Shown piece by piece: positions 48,401 to 57,337 of a stretch of DNA of 64,000 nucleotides. This DNA comes from an uncultured Actinomycetes bacterium (lineage in GTDB: Bacteria > Actinomycetota > UBA4738 > HRBIN12): the NCBI GenBank assembly GCA_963704725.1, contig OY969934.1, forward strand, positions 864,001 to 928,000, read 5' to 3'. The notes beneath the pieces were generated by a model, which worked only from the letters and a program-made list of their open reading frames with translations, had not been told where the DNA came from and did not search any database. Position numbers and translations under genes: made by a program. Position 1 is the first letter of the stretch, and every line of letters begins with the position of its first letter.

Positions 48401-48924
48401 AGCAGACGGAACAGGCCCGTGAGCTCGCCCGCCAGGCGATCCGGCTCGCCGAGCAGACGGACCTCATGGACCTGCGGGCGCGCGCCCTGCTCGCGCTGGC
48501 CGAGGTGCTCCGGGCGGAGGGTCGCACCAACGAGGCGGCGGCGTTCGCGCGCCGCGCCCTCCGGGCGCTCGAGCGGCGGGGAGCCACGGTCCCGGCTCAG
48601 CAGGCCCGGTCGGTCCTGGCGTCGCTCGATCGTCCCGCCGCCGCGCTGCCCGACGCGCCCCCGGATGTGCCGGCGGACGGGGATCCCGGCTCGCCCGGGG
48701 ACGAGGTCCCGTCGCCCCCCGAGCCATCGGAGAGGTGGCCGAACGGCGACGCCGACGTCGTCGGTGAGGAGCCGCGGCACTCTCCGTTCGCCGACATCGC
48801 TTTCGGCGGCGGGGGCGACCGGTCACCCGAACCCGCACCCGTGCCGGCGGCCCCGGATCCGGACCCGGAGCCGAGTGGTGACGGGGCGACCTCGAGCTCC
48901 TGGTGGTCGTTCGGGAAGCGCTGA
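45412..48924 (+). CDS. Zinc ribbon, degenerate class III cyclase, P-loop ATPase and TPR-like protein
   Basis: CERCG...FCQHCG, eroded cyclase fold, GDPGVGKS, VLVED, GNAL, FHHELVRDVA, helical repeats, Pro-rich tail. Confidence 0.85.
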   Translation: MEALAGMPTQGACERCGGDNSPRARFCQHCGSALPWDDPVEGGAPGELDASLPDAGFEPADAAPIVTAVVCELSVEPATDGDVDGWGAAPAPEVSQETLDVARETLGRFGAAVEDLPGAADTLAAVFGPEPGDGDGPIMAVRAADELRRTLEGGAVRVRAGVGTAEIVGEGRGDETLWRERVVDLATGLQRRAAVGEVIVADGVLRRIHGAAEVEPVDPYARIDGDGSTGPVRLLHVDPDPPTVWIGWPSLAGRDAERDRIRSAFARAVAERIGVVVRIFGDPGVGKSRLAEECLRELSADGSARTVSVPWGPAAEPGGPSSLAALVEVVAGLTPSADADRVRAGVDGLLEGRPDADRVAARLLPALGVAGAADAQGTGWALGRFLEAAASELPLAVLVEDCDRAVPWFLELLRSAVVRARSPVLVLATGAADGWPTAWEREPVEQLRIDPLGPEAMGSLLNDLLLNPDTPASARDALIAASHGNALQAEHLVAALVDRGFLRWHHRRWVPVEDLELPAPDLRSLVSLRLQDLEPTERACLGLLAVAGAEIPSGLVEELVPNDDDASIRDRLASLVAKRFLRAETDAEQESYVFHHELVRDVARAEVPPETGSEVHERCALWLQERYGARLWRHAQAIAAHLEADVRFGLERGSAVGDAGRRAADFLGSTAEILSALGDEEGSLAILERAPGLLDPDDPTRAGTLLRTATAVAASGRSTTADRLSIQAARAARETGDGATDARARLLRAVLADGGRSYGRMESIWEVAEQAEIACRDAEDDAGLSEAWAARAAVHRRWGHWAAAADDAERSADHAARAGLLHEESEALRMLVRCLEGSPAPMEESIDRCRAVLARAGGRRQVEEEASGVLAILLARHGSFEEAERHVAAARSAAEESEPGTGLARALHRAAAVETLAGRLERAEELLVQARDVAVGSADERTGAAIGATLAHVMLDAGRAEEARQLLEEVERTAAADDVVTQVVWRSGRARALASLEQTEQARELARQAIRLAEQTDLMDLRARALLALAEVLRAEGRTNEAAAFARRALRALERRGATVPAQQARSVLASLDRPAAALPDAPPDVPADGDPGSPGDEVPSPPEPSERWPNGDADVVGEEPRHSPFADIAFGGGGDRSPEPAPVPAAPDPDPEPSGDGATSSSWWSFGKR

Positions 48925-48980
48925 GCTCCGCCATCGCCTCCCATCGGTCGAGACGCGATGGGCTCGAGCGGGTCTTCGGT

Positions 48981-49319
48981 TCAGCCCTCGGTTACGACGG
49001 CCGGGAGCTCGGAGACGAGCGGGTGATCGAGCCCGAGCGCGTCGAACGCCACCGCTCCGCCCGGCGCACCGAGCCCGCTGACGGTAGGACCGAAGAACTC
49101 GCGCTCGACCTGCGCGTAGTGCTGCCATTCGGGGGGCAGGTCGTCCTGGTGGAAGATCGCCGTCACCGGGCACACCGGCTCGCACGCACCGCAGTCGACG
49201 CACTCGTCGGGATGGATGTAACCCTTGCGGAGCCCGTCGTAGATGCAGTCGACCGGACACTCGTCGACGCACGACCGGTCGTGCACGTCGACACAGGGTT
49301 CCGCGATGACGTACGCCAT
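48981..49319 (-). CDS. fdxA: 7Fe ([3Fe-4S][4Fe-4S]) ferredoxin
   Basis: MAYVIAEPCVD...CVDECPVDCIY...HPDECVDCGACEPVCP. RBS AAAGGAGG. Confidence 0.95.
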   Translation of the reverse strand: MAYVIAEPCVDVHDRSCVDECPVDCIYDGLRKGYIHPDECVDCGACEPVCPVTAIFHQDDLPPEWQHYAQVEREFFGPTVSGLGAPGGAVAFDALGLDHPLVSELPAVVTEG

Positions 49320-49527
49320 GGCGCCTCCTTTATCGGTGAGCCTTCGCAGACCACGGTAAGGGGCGGGCCGGCAACGGCATCCCAACGTGAGGCAATGGAT
49401 CGGGAAAGAACGCTCGGGACGTCAGCCCGACGCGTCGGTGACCGCGTACAGGCGCCACCCGGGTAGGCACGCCCTTGGGGGCGTGCTCGCCCCGGTCGTC
49501 GATCCCGCCGACGCCCTCGTCGCGCTC

Positions 49528-50079
49528 TCAGCCCTTGGGCCCGGGGATCCCGAGTGGTCGTCCGTTGAGGGTCGCGGTCAGGTCCGTCGGGACCGCGGTC
49601 CGGAAGGTCTGCGCCGCATGACACGCCCGCTCAGCGTGCGCGACGAGCCTGGCCACGTCCGGCTCGGGCGCGGGGCTGCGGACCTCGAGGTGGAACGTGA
49701 CGTTCTGGAACGCGCCCGGCGGACCTCCGAGATCGAACTTGTCCGCGACGCTGAACGACGCCCGCACGTCGACCTCGGCGTCCTCGATCTCGACTTCATA
49801 CAGTGGCGAAAACTTCGCCAGCTGGGTCAACAGTCAGAAGGCCGCACCCGCGACGACGTACTGCAGCGGCGCGGGAGCGAGGTCGTCGCCCCCTCGCTCG
49901 GCCGGCTCGTCCGACTCGATACGGAACCGCCCGATCCGGCCGGTCATGTGCAGGTTCCGGTCGATGCGCGCCACGGCCCGCTGGGTGAGCACCGGCACCT
50001 GCTTCGTGTGTTCGCGGCTCTCCTCGTAGGCTCGCCGCATCTTCTCCAGGTCGACCCGGCCGGTCGGCTCGTCGCCCAT
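49528..50079 (-). CDS. OsmC-like protein, predicted selenoprotein (Sec at codon 82)
   Basis: ORFs 49834-50079 and 49528-49830 share a frame and are joined by a single TGA: SDEPAERGGDDLAPAPLQYVVAGAAF-U-LLTQ...AERACHAAQ. A hairpin follows the TGA. Confidence 0.85.
49801..49824 (-). promoter_or_regulatory. Candidate bacterial SECIS element
   Basis: CAG-C-TGGCGAA-GTT-TTCGCCA-CTG, with the loop G 21 nt after the UGA. Confidence 0.7.
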
Positions 50080-50234
50080 GTCGTCCTCCCCCCTCTCGAC
50101 GCGCTCACTGCGAGCGAGCAGCCTACCCCGGCGAAGGATGCCACCTGCGCGGCGGCACCCGGGCCCTCCCTTCGGACGCGGCTCGGCGGCCCCGGAAGCC
50201 CCGGCTTGACCGGCGCATGCGGCTCGTGGTTTGG

Positions 50235-50247
50235 TTGGTCTGACAAA
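50235..50247. promoter_or_regulatory. FadR-subfamily operator candidate
   Basis: TTGGTCTGACAAA, a near-palindrome of the TGGTCxGACCA type, in the divergent intergenic region. Confidence 0.6.
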
Positions 50248-50330
50248 CAGGTCAGCAGACGGTCTGAGACGGTCTGAGTCAGTCTCGATGACCGTCCGCC
50301 GACTTCAGGGGAACTCGTCCGAACGAGGCG

Positions 50331-51059
50331 GTGGGGGTGCAGCAGCAGTTCGGGCCGATCGAGCGACGCAAGGTCTACGAGCTCGTCGCCGATCGCCTGG
50401 TCGAGGAGATCTCGGCGCGCCGGCTCAAGCCCGGCGACCCGATCCCGGCCGAGCGGCAGCTCGCGGAGACCCTGTCGGTCGGCCGCTCCTCGATCCGCGA
50501 GGCGCTCCGGATGCTCGAGTCCCGCGGCCTGATCATCTCCCTCGGCCACGGCGCCTTCACGGTGGCCGAGTATGGGAACCCGCTCAACGCGTCGCTCGCC
50601 CTGCTCGTCGAGATGCGCCACGGCGACCTGCAGGAGCTGTTCGAGGTGCGCAAGGTGCTCGAGGTCGAGATGGCCGGCATCGCGGCGGAGCGGAGGTCCG
50701 AGGTGGACCTGGAGCGCATGCGCCGGGCCATCGAGGCCATGGACGAGGGGATCGGCGTGGCCGACCGCTACATCGCCGGCGACCTCGAGTTCCACCAGGC
50801 GGTGGTGGCGGCGACCGGCAACCGGATCGCGCGCTCGGTGATGGAGGCGATCCGCGACGTGATGCGCCTCGCGCTGTTCGAGATCTACCGGATCCCCGGC
50901 AGCCCCGAGCGGTCGATGGAGCAGCATCGCCGGATCCTGGAGGCCGTCGCGCAAGGCGATCCCGATCTGGCCCGCGAACGCGTCCGCGAGCACCTGGTCC
51001 GTGTCGAGAGCGAGATCGTCGCCCCGCCGCACGCCGGGGAGGACGGGGCCGATGGCTGA
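50331..51059 (+). CDS. FadR/GntR family transcriptional regulator
   Basis: PAERQLAETLSVGRSSIREALRMLE HTH, FCD domain GDLEFHQAV. Confidence 0.95.
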   Translation: MGVQQQFGPIERRKVYELVADRLVEEISARRLKPGDPIPAERQLAETLSVGRSSIREALRMLESRGLIISLGHGAFTVAEYGNPLNASLALLVEMRHGDLQELFEVRKVLEVEMAGIAAERRSEVDLERMRRAIEAMDEGIGVADRYIAGDLEFHQAVVAATGNRIARSVMEAIRDVMRLALFEIYRIPGSPERSMEQHRRILEAVAQGDPDLARERVREHLVRVESEIVAPPHAGEDGADG

Positions 51060-51933
51060 GCTCGGGTTCGTCGGGCTCGGAGTGATGGGGGGGCGGATCG
51101 CCAAACGCCTCCTCGACGCCGGACACCGCGTCACCGGCTTCAACCGCACGGCCTCCCGGGCCGCCTGGCTCGTCGACGCGGGGATGACGCCGGCCCGTTC
51201 GCCGCGGGAGGCGGCCGAGGCGGCCGACATCACGTTCTCGATGGTGACGAACACGACCGCGCTCAGGGCCGTCGTCGGCGGGCCGGACGGCGTCGTTGCG
51301 GGGCTCGGCCCCGGGAAGCTCTACGTCGACATGAGCACCGTGAGCCCGGCCGAGAGCCGGGAGATCGCGGGGCACGTCGCGGAGACCGGCGCCCGGATGC
51401 TCGACGCGCCGGTCTCCGGGAGCGTCGTCACGCTGGAGGAGGGCCGGCTGTCGATCATGGTCGGCGGCGAGGCCGAGGACGTCGAGCGCGCGATGCCGGT
51501 GCTCCACGACATCGGTCCCAAGGTGACGCACGTCGGCGGCAACGGCCAGGCGGCGCTCATGAAGATCGCCTCGAACCTGAACCTGGCCGTGCAGATGGTC
51601 GCGTTCAGCGAGGCGGTCCTGCTGGCCGAGAAGGGGGGCATCGCCAGGGAGACCGCGGTCGAGGTCCTCGTGAACAGCGTGATCGCCTCGCCGATGGTCA
51701 AGTACCGCGGCCCCTTCGTCCTGCGGGAGCCGGACGAAGCGTGGTTCGACGTGAACATGATGCAGAAGGACCTGCTCCTCGCGCAGGAGGCGGGGCGCCG
51801 GCAAGACGTCGTGCTGCCGACCACCGCTGTGGCGAACGAGCTGCTCACGGCGGCGCGCGCGATGGGACTCGAGAAGCACGACTTCGCGATCGTGTTCGAC
51901 GTGCTCGCGCACCTGTCGGGGACGAAGCGGTGA
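51052..51933 (+). CDS. Beta-hydroxyacid dehydrogenase (3-hydroxyisobutyrate/tartronate semialdehyde reductase family)
   Basis: GFVGLGVMG, DAPVSG, MKIASN, KDL. Confidence 0.93.
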   Translation: MAELGFVGLGVMGGRIAKRLLDAGHRVTGFNRTASRAAWLVDAGMTPARSPREAAEAADITFSMVTNTTALRAVVGGPDGVVAGLGPGKLYVDMSTVSPAESREIAGHVAETGARMLDAPVSGSVVTLEEGRLSIMVGGEAEDVERAMPVLHDIGPKVTHVGGNGQAALMKIASNLNLAVQMVAFSEAVLLAEKGGIARETAVEVLVNSVIASPMVKYRGPFVLREPDEAWFDVNMMQKDLLLAQEAGRRQDVVLPTTAVANELLTAARAMGLEKHDFAIVFDVLAHLSGTKR

Positions 51934-52925
51934 GCGACGTCCGGGAGCGCGAGGGGATCGGCTCCCTCTCGCGGGACGACGCGGTCCGGCTCTACGAGCA
52001 GATGGCTCGGATCCGCCACTTCGAGCTCCGCGTGAACCAGCTCTACCTGTCCGCGAAGATGCCCGGCCTGGCGCACCTGTATGCGGGGCAGGAGGCCGTG
52101 GCCGTGGGGGTGTGCAGCGTGCTCGGACCGCAGGACGTCATCACCAGCACCCACCGGGGCCACGGGCACTGCCTGGCCAAGGGCGCCGCCGTGGACCGCA
52201 TGTTCGCCGAGCTCCTCGGCAAGGCCGACGGCTACTGCGGGGGCAAGGGCGGCTCGATGCACATCGCGGATCCCGAGACCGGCAACCTGGGCGCCAACGC
52301 CATCGTGGCCGGCAGCACCGGCATCGCCACCGGCGCGGCGCTGTCGGCCCTTCGCCGGGGGACCGGGGGCGTCGCCGTCTGCTTCTTCGGGGAGGGCGCC
52401 CTCGGCCAGGGCGTGCTCTACGAGGTGATGAACATGGCCTCGCTGTGGAAGCTGCCGGTCCTCTACGTCTGCGAGAACAACCTCTACAACGAGTACACGC
52501 ACTATCGCGAGACCACGGCCGGCGAGGTCCTGGCACGCGCCCGGGCGTTCGGGATCCCGGCCGAGTCCGTCGATGGCCAGGACGTGCTCGCCGTGCGCGC
52601 GGCCGCATCGGTGGCCGTGGAGCGGGCTCGCGCCGGCGACGGTCCCTCCTTCCTGGAGTGCCGGACGTATCGCACCTTCGGCCATCACGTCGGCGACGTG
52701 GACCGCGCCTACTACCGCTCCAAGCAGGAGGAGGAGACCTGGCGCACCGAGCGCGACCCCATCGCCCTGCTCGGCGAGCGCCTTCGCGAGGGGGGCGCCG
52801 CCGACGAGGCCTCGCTCCGCGAGCTCGACGAGCGGGTCGCGGCCGAGGTCGCCGCCGGCGAGCGGTTCGCGCTCGATGCTCCGTACCCCGATCCCTCAGA
52901 GGTGGACCGCGATGTCCACGCCTAG
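51930..52925 (+). CDS. TPP-dependent dehydrogenase E1 alpha subunit (AcoA/PdhA-like)
   Basis: HLYAGQEA, STHRGHGH, GKGGSMH, FGEGA...CENN, TYRTFGHHVGD. Confidence 0.95.
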   Translation: MSDVREREGIGSLSRDDAVRLYEQMARIRHFELRVNQLYLSAKMPGLAHLYAGQEAVAVGVCSVLGPQDVITSTHRGHGHCLAKGAAVDRMFAELLGKADGYCGGKGGSMHIADPETGNLGANAIVAGSTGIATGAALSALRRGTGGVAVCFFGEGALGQGVLYEVMNMASLWKLPVLYVCENNLYNEYTHYRETTAGEVLARARAFGIPAESVDGQDVLAVRAAASVAVERARAGDGPSFLECRTYRTFGHHVGDVDRAYYRSKQEEETWRTERDPIALLGERLREGGAADEASLRELDERVAAEVAAGERFALDAPYPDPSEVDRDVHA

Positions 52926-53943
52926 CCGCGTGCAGGACGTCGCCGCGACGGGCGCGCGCGAGCTCACGTTCGCCGAGGCGGTCCGCGAGGCCCTGCAGCA
53001 GGAGCTCCGCCGGGACGAGCGCGTGTTCGTGATGGGCGAGGACGTCGCCGAGGCCGGGACGCCGTTCAAGGTGCTCTCTGGCCTCGTCGAGGAGTTCGGC
53101 ACCGGCCGGGTGATCGACTCGCCGATCTCCGAAGCCGGGATCACCGGGATCGGGGTGGGGGCGGCCATGACGGGGATGCGCCCGGTGATCGACATCATGT
53201 TCGGCGACTTCCTGACGCTGGCGATGGACCAGCTCGTGAACCAGGCCGCCAAGGTCCACTACATGTCCGGCGGCAAGCTGCGGGTGCCGATGGTGGTGCG
53301 CACCACGCTGGGAGCCACCCGGCGCTCGGCCGCCCAGCACAGCCAGAGCCTGCACGCCTGGGTGAGCCACGTCCCCGGGCTCAAGGTGGCCCTTCCCGCC
53401 ACCCCGGCCGACGCCAAGGGGCTGCTCGTCTCGGCGATCCGCGACGAGGGGCCGGTGGTGATCTTCGAGGACAAGATGGACTACCAGGTCCGCGGCCCGG
53501 TTCCCGAGGGCGACGGCGCCATCCCCCTCGGCGTGGCCGAGGTCAAACGAGCCGGAACCGACGTCACGGTCGTGGCGACCTCCAGCATGGTCCGCGTGGC
53601 CCTCGCCGCCGCCGAGCTGCTCGAGCCCGAGGGGATCTCGCTCGAGGTGATCGACCCCCGGACGACCTCCCCGCTCGACGCCGAGACCCTGGTCGCCTCG
53701 GCGCGGAAGACCGGCCGGGCCATCGTGGTCGACGAGGGGTACCGCCGGTACGGGGTGACGTCGGAGCTCGCGTCGGTGATCGCCGAGGGCGCGTTCTACG
53801 ACCTGGACGCGCCGGTCCGCCGCCTGGGGGCCATGGACGTGCCGATCCCGTTCTCCCCGGTGCTGGAGGACCTCACCGTGCCCACGCCAGAGCTCGTCGC
53901 CGCCGCCGCCCGGGAGCTCTGCGGCGCCGGAGGGGGTGCCTGA
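52912..53943 (+). CDS. TPP-dependent dehydrogenase E1 beta subunit
   Basis: MGEDV, DSPISEAG, DQLVNQAAK, AAQHSQS. Confidence 0.95.
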   Translation: MSTPSRVQDVAATGARELTFAEAVREALQQELRRDERVFVMGEDVAEAGTPFKVLSGLVEEFGTGRVIDSPISEAGITGIGVGAAMTGMRPVIDIMFGDFLTLAMDQLVNQAAKVHYMSGGKLRVPMVVRTTLGATRRSAAQHSQSLHAWVSHVPGLKVALPATPADAKGLLVSAIRDEGPVVIFEDKMDYQVRGPVPEGDGAIPLGVAEVKRAGTDVTVVATSSMVRVALAAAELLEPEGISLEVIDPRTTSPLDAETLVASARKTGRAIVVDEGYRRYGVTSELASVIAEGAFYDLDAPVRRLGAMDVPIPFSPVLEDLTVPTPELVAAAARELCGAGGGA

Positions 53944-53945
53944 TC

Positions 53946-55103
53946 GTGGCCACCGAGGTGATCATGCCGGCGCTCGGCGTGTCGCAGGAGACGGGCCGTG
54001 TCCTTCGGTGGCTGAAGGCGGCCGGGGACGAGGTCGCCGCCGGCGAGCCGGTGGTGGAGATCGAGACCGACAAGGTCACGGTGGAGATGGAGTCTCCCGC
54101 GGCCGGGGTGCTCGCCGAGATCCAGGCGACGGAGGGCCAGGACGTGCCCGTCGGCCAGGTGATCGGGCTGATCCTTCAGCCGGGGGAGAGCCCACCCGAG
54201 CGGTCCGTCGCCGCGCCCGCGGGCGACGGGCCCGGCGGCGCGCGGCGGTCGATCGCCCCCGCCGCGTCGGCGAGTGGAGCCGGCGCGCGCGCGGCGGGGA
54301 CCGGCCGCGCGGCGGCATCGCCGCTCGCCCGGCGGCGGGCAAAGGAGGCGGGGATCGACCTCGGCGACGTGCTCGGCTCGGGCCCGGGCGGGGCGGTGAC
54401 GGCGGCAGACCTGGATGCCGCGATCGCGGCCATCGCGCCGAGCGGGGAGACGGCCGAGGCGAGCCCGACGTGGCGGCGCATGGCCGAGCACGTCAGCGCC
54501 TCGTGGGTCGCGCCGCACTTCTCCCTCTCGCGGGACGTGGACGCCGGGGCCCTCCTGTCCCGGCGGGCGGAGCTCGGCGAGGAGGTCACGCTCACGGATC
54601 TCCTGGTGTGGGTCTCGGCAGGCGCGCTCGAGCGGCACCCCGAGGTGAACGCTCGGTGGGAGGACGGCGCGGTGCGCCGGGTGGCCGAGGTGAACGTGGG
54701 GATCGCGGTGGCGCTCGACGACGGGCTGATCGTCCCCGTCGTCCGCGACGCGAACCGCCTGGACGTCCACGGGCTCGCCGAGCGGCGGCGGGACCTGGTC
54801 CATCGCGCGCGCGCCGGGTCCCTGCGGCCCGAGGACGTGCAGGAGGGGACGTTCACGATCAGCAATCTCGGGATGTACGGCGTCGACTCGTTCACGGCGA
54901 TCGTGAACGGGCCGCAGGCCGCGATCCTGGCCGTGGGCCGGGTCGCGGACCGAGTGGTGGCGGTGCAGGGGCATCCGGTCGTCCGCCCCCGGATGCAGCT
55001 CACGCTGTCGTGCGACCACCGCGTGGTCGACGGCGCGCGAGCGGCCCGGTTCCTCGACACGTTGTCGATGGCGGTGGAGGAGCCGTCACGGCTCGAGCCG
55101 TGA
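53946..55103 (+). CDS. Dihydrolipoamide acyltransferase E2
   Basis: Lipoyl site ETDKVT, ASPLARRRA binding domain, TISNLG, DHRVVDG. Confidence 0.95.
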   Translation: MATEVIMPALGVSQETGRVLRWLKAAGDEVAAGEPVVEIETDKVTVEMESPAAGVLAEIQATEGQDVPVGQVIGLILQPGESPPERSVAAPAGDGPGGARRSIAPAASASGAGARAAGTGRAAASPLARRRAKEAGIDLGDVLGSGPGGAVTAADLDAAIAAIAPSGETAEASPTWRRMAEHVSASWVAPHFSLSRDVDAGALLSRRAELGEEVTLTDLLVWVSAGALERHPEVNARWEDGAVRRVAEVNVGIAVALDDGLIVPVVRDANRLDVHGLAERRRDLVHRARAGSLRPEDVQEGTFTISNLGMYGVDSFTAIVNGPQAAILAVGRVADRVVAVQGHPVVRPRMQLTLSCDHRVVDGARAARFLDTLSMAVEEPSRLEP

Positions 55104-55155
55104 CGGGAAAGGAGGTCGGGGGTATGACGGGGGCAGCTCGGAAGGGAGGTCGCTG

Positions 55156-56424
55156 ATGCGCGCGTGGCCCAGGCTGGTTGCCGCGTTCGCGGTGCTGATG
55201 CTCCTCGCGGCGGCGTGCAGCAGCGACGACGACGGCGGCGGGGCCACGGGGGCGACGGAGGCGACCGGAGGCACCACCGCGACCGGTTCGTCCGGGCCCT
55301 CGGGCGAGCCGATCAAGATCGGCATCTCGCTGCCGCTGACGGGGGACTTCTCGCAGCCCGGCGGTGAGGCGGAGCGTGGCTACCGGGTGTGGGCGGACCT
55401 GACGAACGCGGCCGGCGGCATCCTGGGGCGCCCGGTCGAGCTGGACATCGTGGACGACGCGAGCAGCCAGGACACCGTGGTCACCGACTACAACCGGCTG
55501 ATCACCCAGGACAACGTGGACCTGCTGCTCGGGACGTTCTCCTCGCTGTTGAACATCCCGGCGTCGGCCGTCGCCGAGCGCAACCAGATGGTCTACGTCG
55601 AGCCGGCCGGCGGCTCTCCGGACCTGTTCGACGACGGGTACGAGTTCCTGTTCTTCGCCCAGCAGGCGACGGCGCCGCATCAGGCGGACAAGTTCGTGGA
55701 GTGGGTCCTCTCGCTCCCCGAGGACCAGCGGCCGACGACGGCCGCCTATCCGTCGCAGGACGACCCGTTCGCGCTGCCGGTGATCGAGAGCATCCGTGAC
55801 CAGCTCACCGATGCCGGGATCGAGAACGTGTACGAGAACGTGTACCCGCCGGACACGACGAACTTCGACACGATCGCCAACGACATCCAGTCGAGCGGCG
55901 CGGAGCTCGTCGCGCAGGGCGCCGTCTTCGAGGACGGCGTCGGGCTCGTCCGGTCCTTCCAGCGGATCGACTACAACCCGCAGGTCCTGTTCCAGACCTC
56001 GGCGCCATCCAACAGCGATCAGTACGCCGAGGGGATCGGGGCCGACAACACGGAGGGGATCTTCTACGCGGTGAGCTGGCACCAGGACACGGACACGCCG
56101 CAGAACGCCGACTTCGTGGCGGGCTACGACGCGGCCTACGGCGGGATCCCCGCCGAGGACGCCGCCGACGCCTTCGCATCGGCGCAGGTGCTCCAAGCGG
56201 CGGTCGAGGCGGTCGGAAGCCTCGACCAGGTGGCGATCAAGGACTGGCTGCACGCGAACACCGTGGACACGGTGCTCGGACCGCTGTCTTGGGACGAGAC
56301 GGGCGCCCCGCAGGGGGAGTTCCTGCTCGCGCAGTGGCAGGGGGGCCAGGCCGAGATCGTCCTGCCGGCGGAGGTCGCGACGACCGACACGATCGTGAAC
56401 CCCAAACCGGAGTGGGCGTCCTGA
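55156..56424 (+). CDS. Liv-type ABC transporter substrate-binding lipoprotein
   Basis: Lipobox AAAC, IKIGISLPLTG, GGILGRPVEL. Confidence 0.93.
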   Translation: MRAWPRLVAAFAVLMLLAAACSSDDDGGGATGATEATGGTTATGSSGPSGEPIKIGISLPLTGDFSQPGGEAERGYRVWADLTNAAGGILGRPVELDIVDDASSQDTVVTDYNRLITQDNVDLLLGTFSSLLNIPASAVAERNQMVYVEPAGGSPDLFDDGYEFLFFAQQATAPHQADKFVEWVLSLPEDQRPTTAAYPSQDDPFALPVIESIRDQLTDAGIENVYENVYPPDTTNFDTIANDIQSSGAELVAQGAVFEDGVGLVRSFQRIDYNPQVLFQTSAPSNSDQYAEGIGADNTEGIFYAVSWHQDTDTPQNADFVAGYDAAYGGIPAEDAADAFASAQVLQAAVEAVGSLDQVAIKDWLHANTVDTVLGPLSWDETGAPQGEFLLAQWQGGQAEIVLPAEVATTDTIVNPKPEWAS

Positions 56425-56455
56425 GTCGACGACCGGGAACGGAGGAGGTGGGTCG

Positions 56456-57337
56456 ATGACCCACCTCCTCCAGACCGTGCTGCTGGGGCTGCTGATCGGC
56501 GGCGTCTACGCGCTGCTCGCGTCCGGGCTCACGCTCATCTTCGGCGTGATGCGGATCATCAACGTGGCCCACGGCGCGTTCCTCGTGCTCTCGGCGCTGT
56601 TCACGTACGAGCTGTGGCGGCACCTGGGACTGGATCCGCTCGTCGCGGTGGTGATCACCACCCCGGCGATGTTCGCGATCGGCTGGCTCGTCTACCGCGG
56701 GCTCATCGCCCGCATCCGCACGGCGCCGGTCTCGATGTCCGTCCTGCTCACCTTCGCGCTCGCCATCACGCTCGAGGGCATCATGGGCATGACCTGGAAG
56801 AACCGCTTCCGCTCGGTCACGCCCGGTTACTTCAACGATTCGTTCCACGTCGGTTCGTTCTTCATCCCGAAGCCGCATCTATTCGGCTTCGGGATGGCGG
56901 CCGTGGTGCTCCTCGCGCTCTACCTGCTCCTGACGCGGACGTGGGCGGGGCGCGCCATCCGCAGCGCGTCGGAGAACCCGGAAGGAGCCCAGCTCGTCGG
57001 CGTCGACATCCGGGCGGTCGCGGCGCTGACGTTCGCGGTCGGCATCGCGACGACGGGCGCGGGGGGGTCGATCCTGTCCGTGCTCTACGCGTTCTTCCCG
57101 GCCTCGCACTACCAGTGGATCTCGCGGCTGCTCGGGATCGTGGTGCTCGGCGGGATGGGGAGCATCCCGGGGGCGGTGATCGCGGCGCTCGTGCTGGGCG
57201 TCACCGAGACGCTCACCGTCGACTACGTCTCCCCGCGGTGGGGCGTGGCCGTCTTCTATGTGGTCATCCTGCTCGTGCTGCTCGTGCGGCCCCGCGGCCT
57301 GCTGGGCGCGCGGCTCCGGGAGGACGTGGCCGCGTGA
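56456..57337 (+). CDS. Liv-type ABC permease (LivH-like)
   Basis: [34 protein letters not shown]. Confidence 0.93.
   Translation: MTHLLQTVLLGLLIGGVYALLASGLTLIFGVMRIINVAHGAFLVLSALFTYELWRHLGLDPLVAVVITTPAMFAIGWLVYRGLIARIRTAPVSMSVLLTFALAITLEGIMGMTWKNRFRSVTPGYFNDSFHVGSFFIPKPHLFGFGMAAVVLLALYLLLTRTWAGRAIRSASENPEGAQLVGVDIRAVAALTFAVGIATTGAGGSILSVLYAFFPASHYQWISRLLGIVVLGGMGSIPGAVIAALVLGVTETLTVDYVSPRWGVAVFYVVILLVLLVRPRGLLGARLREDVAA

Noticed and set aside
45265-48780. 1171-aa minus-strand ORF and other long antisense ORFs (e.g. 6451-8439, 26711-29269, 61706-63910)
   Set aside because: Shadow frames of high-GC genes: Arg/Gly/Pro-rich, without motifs, and opposite well-supported CDSs.
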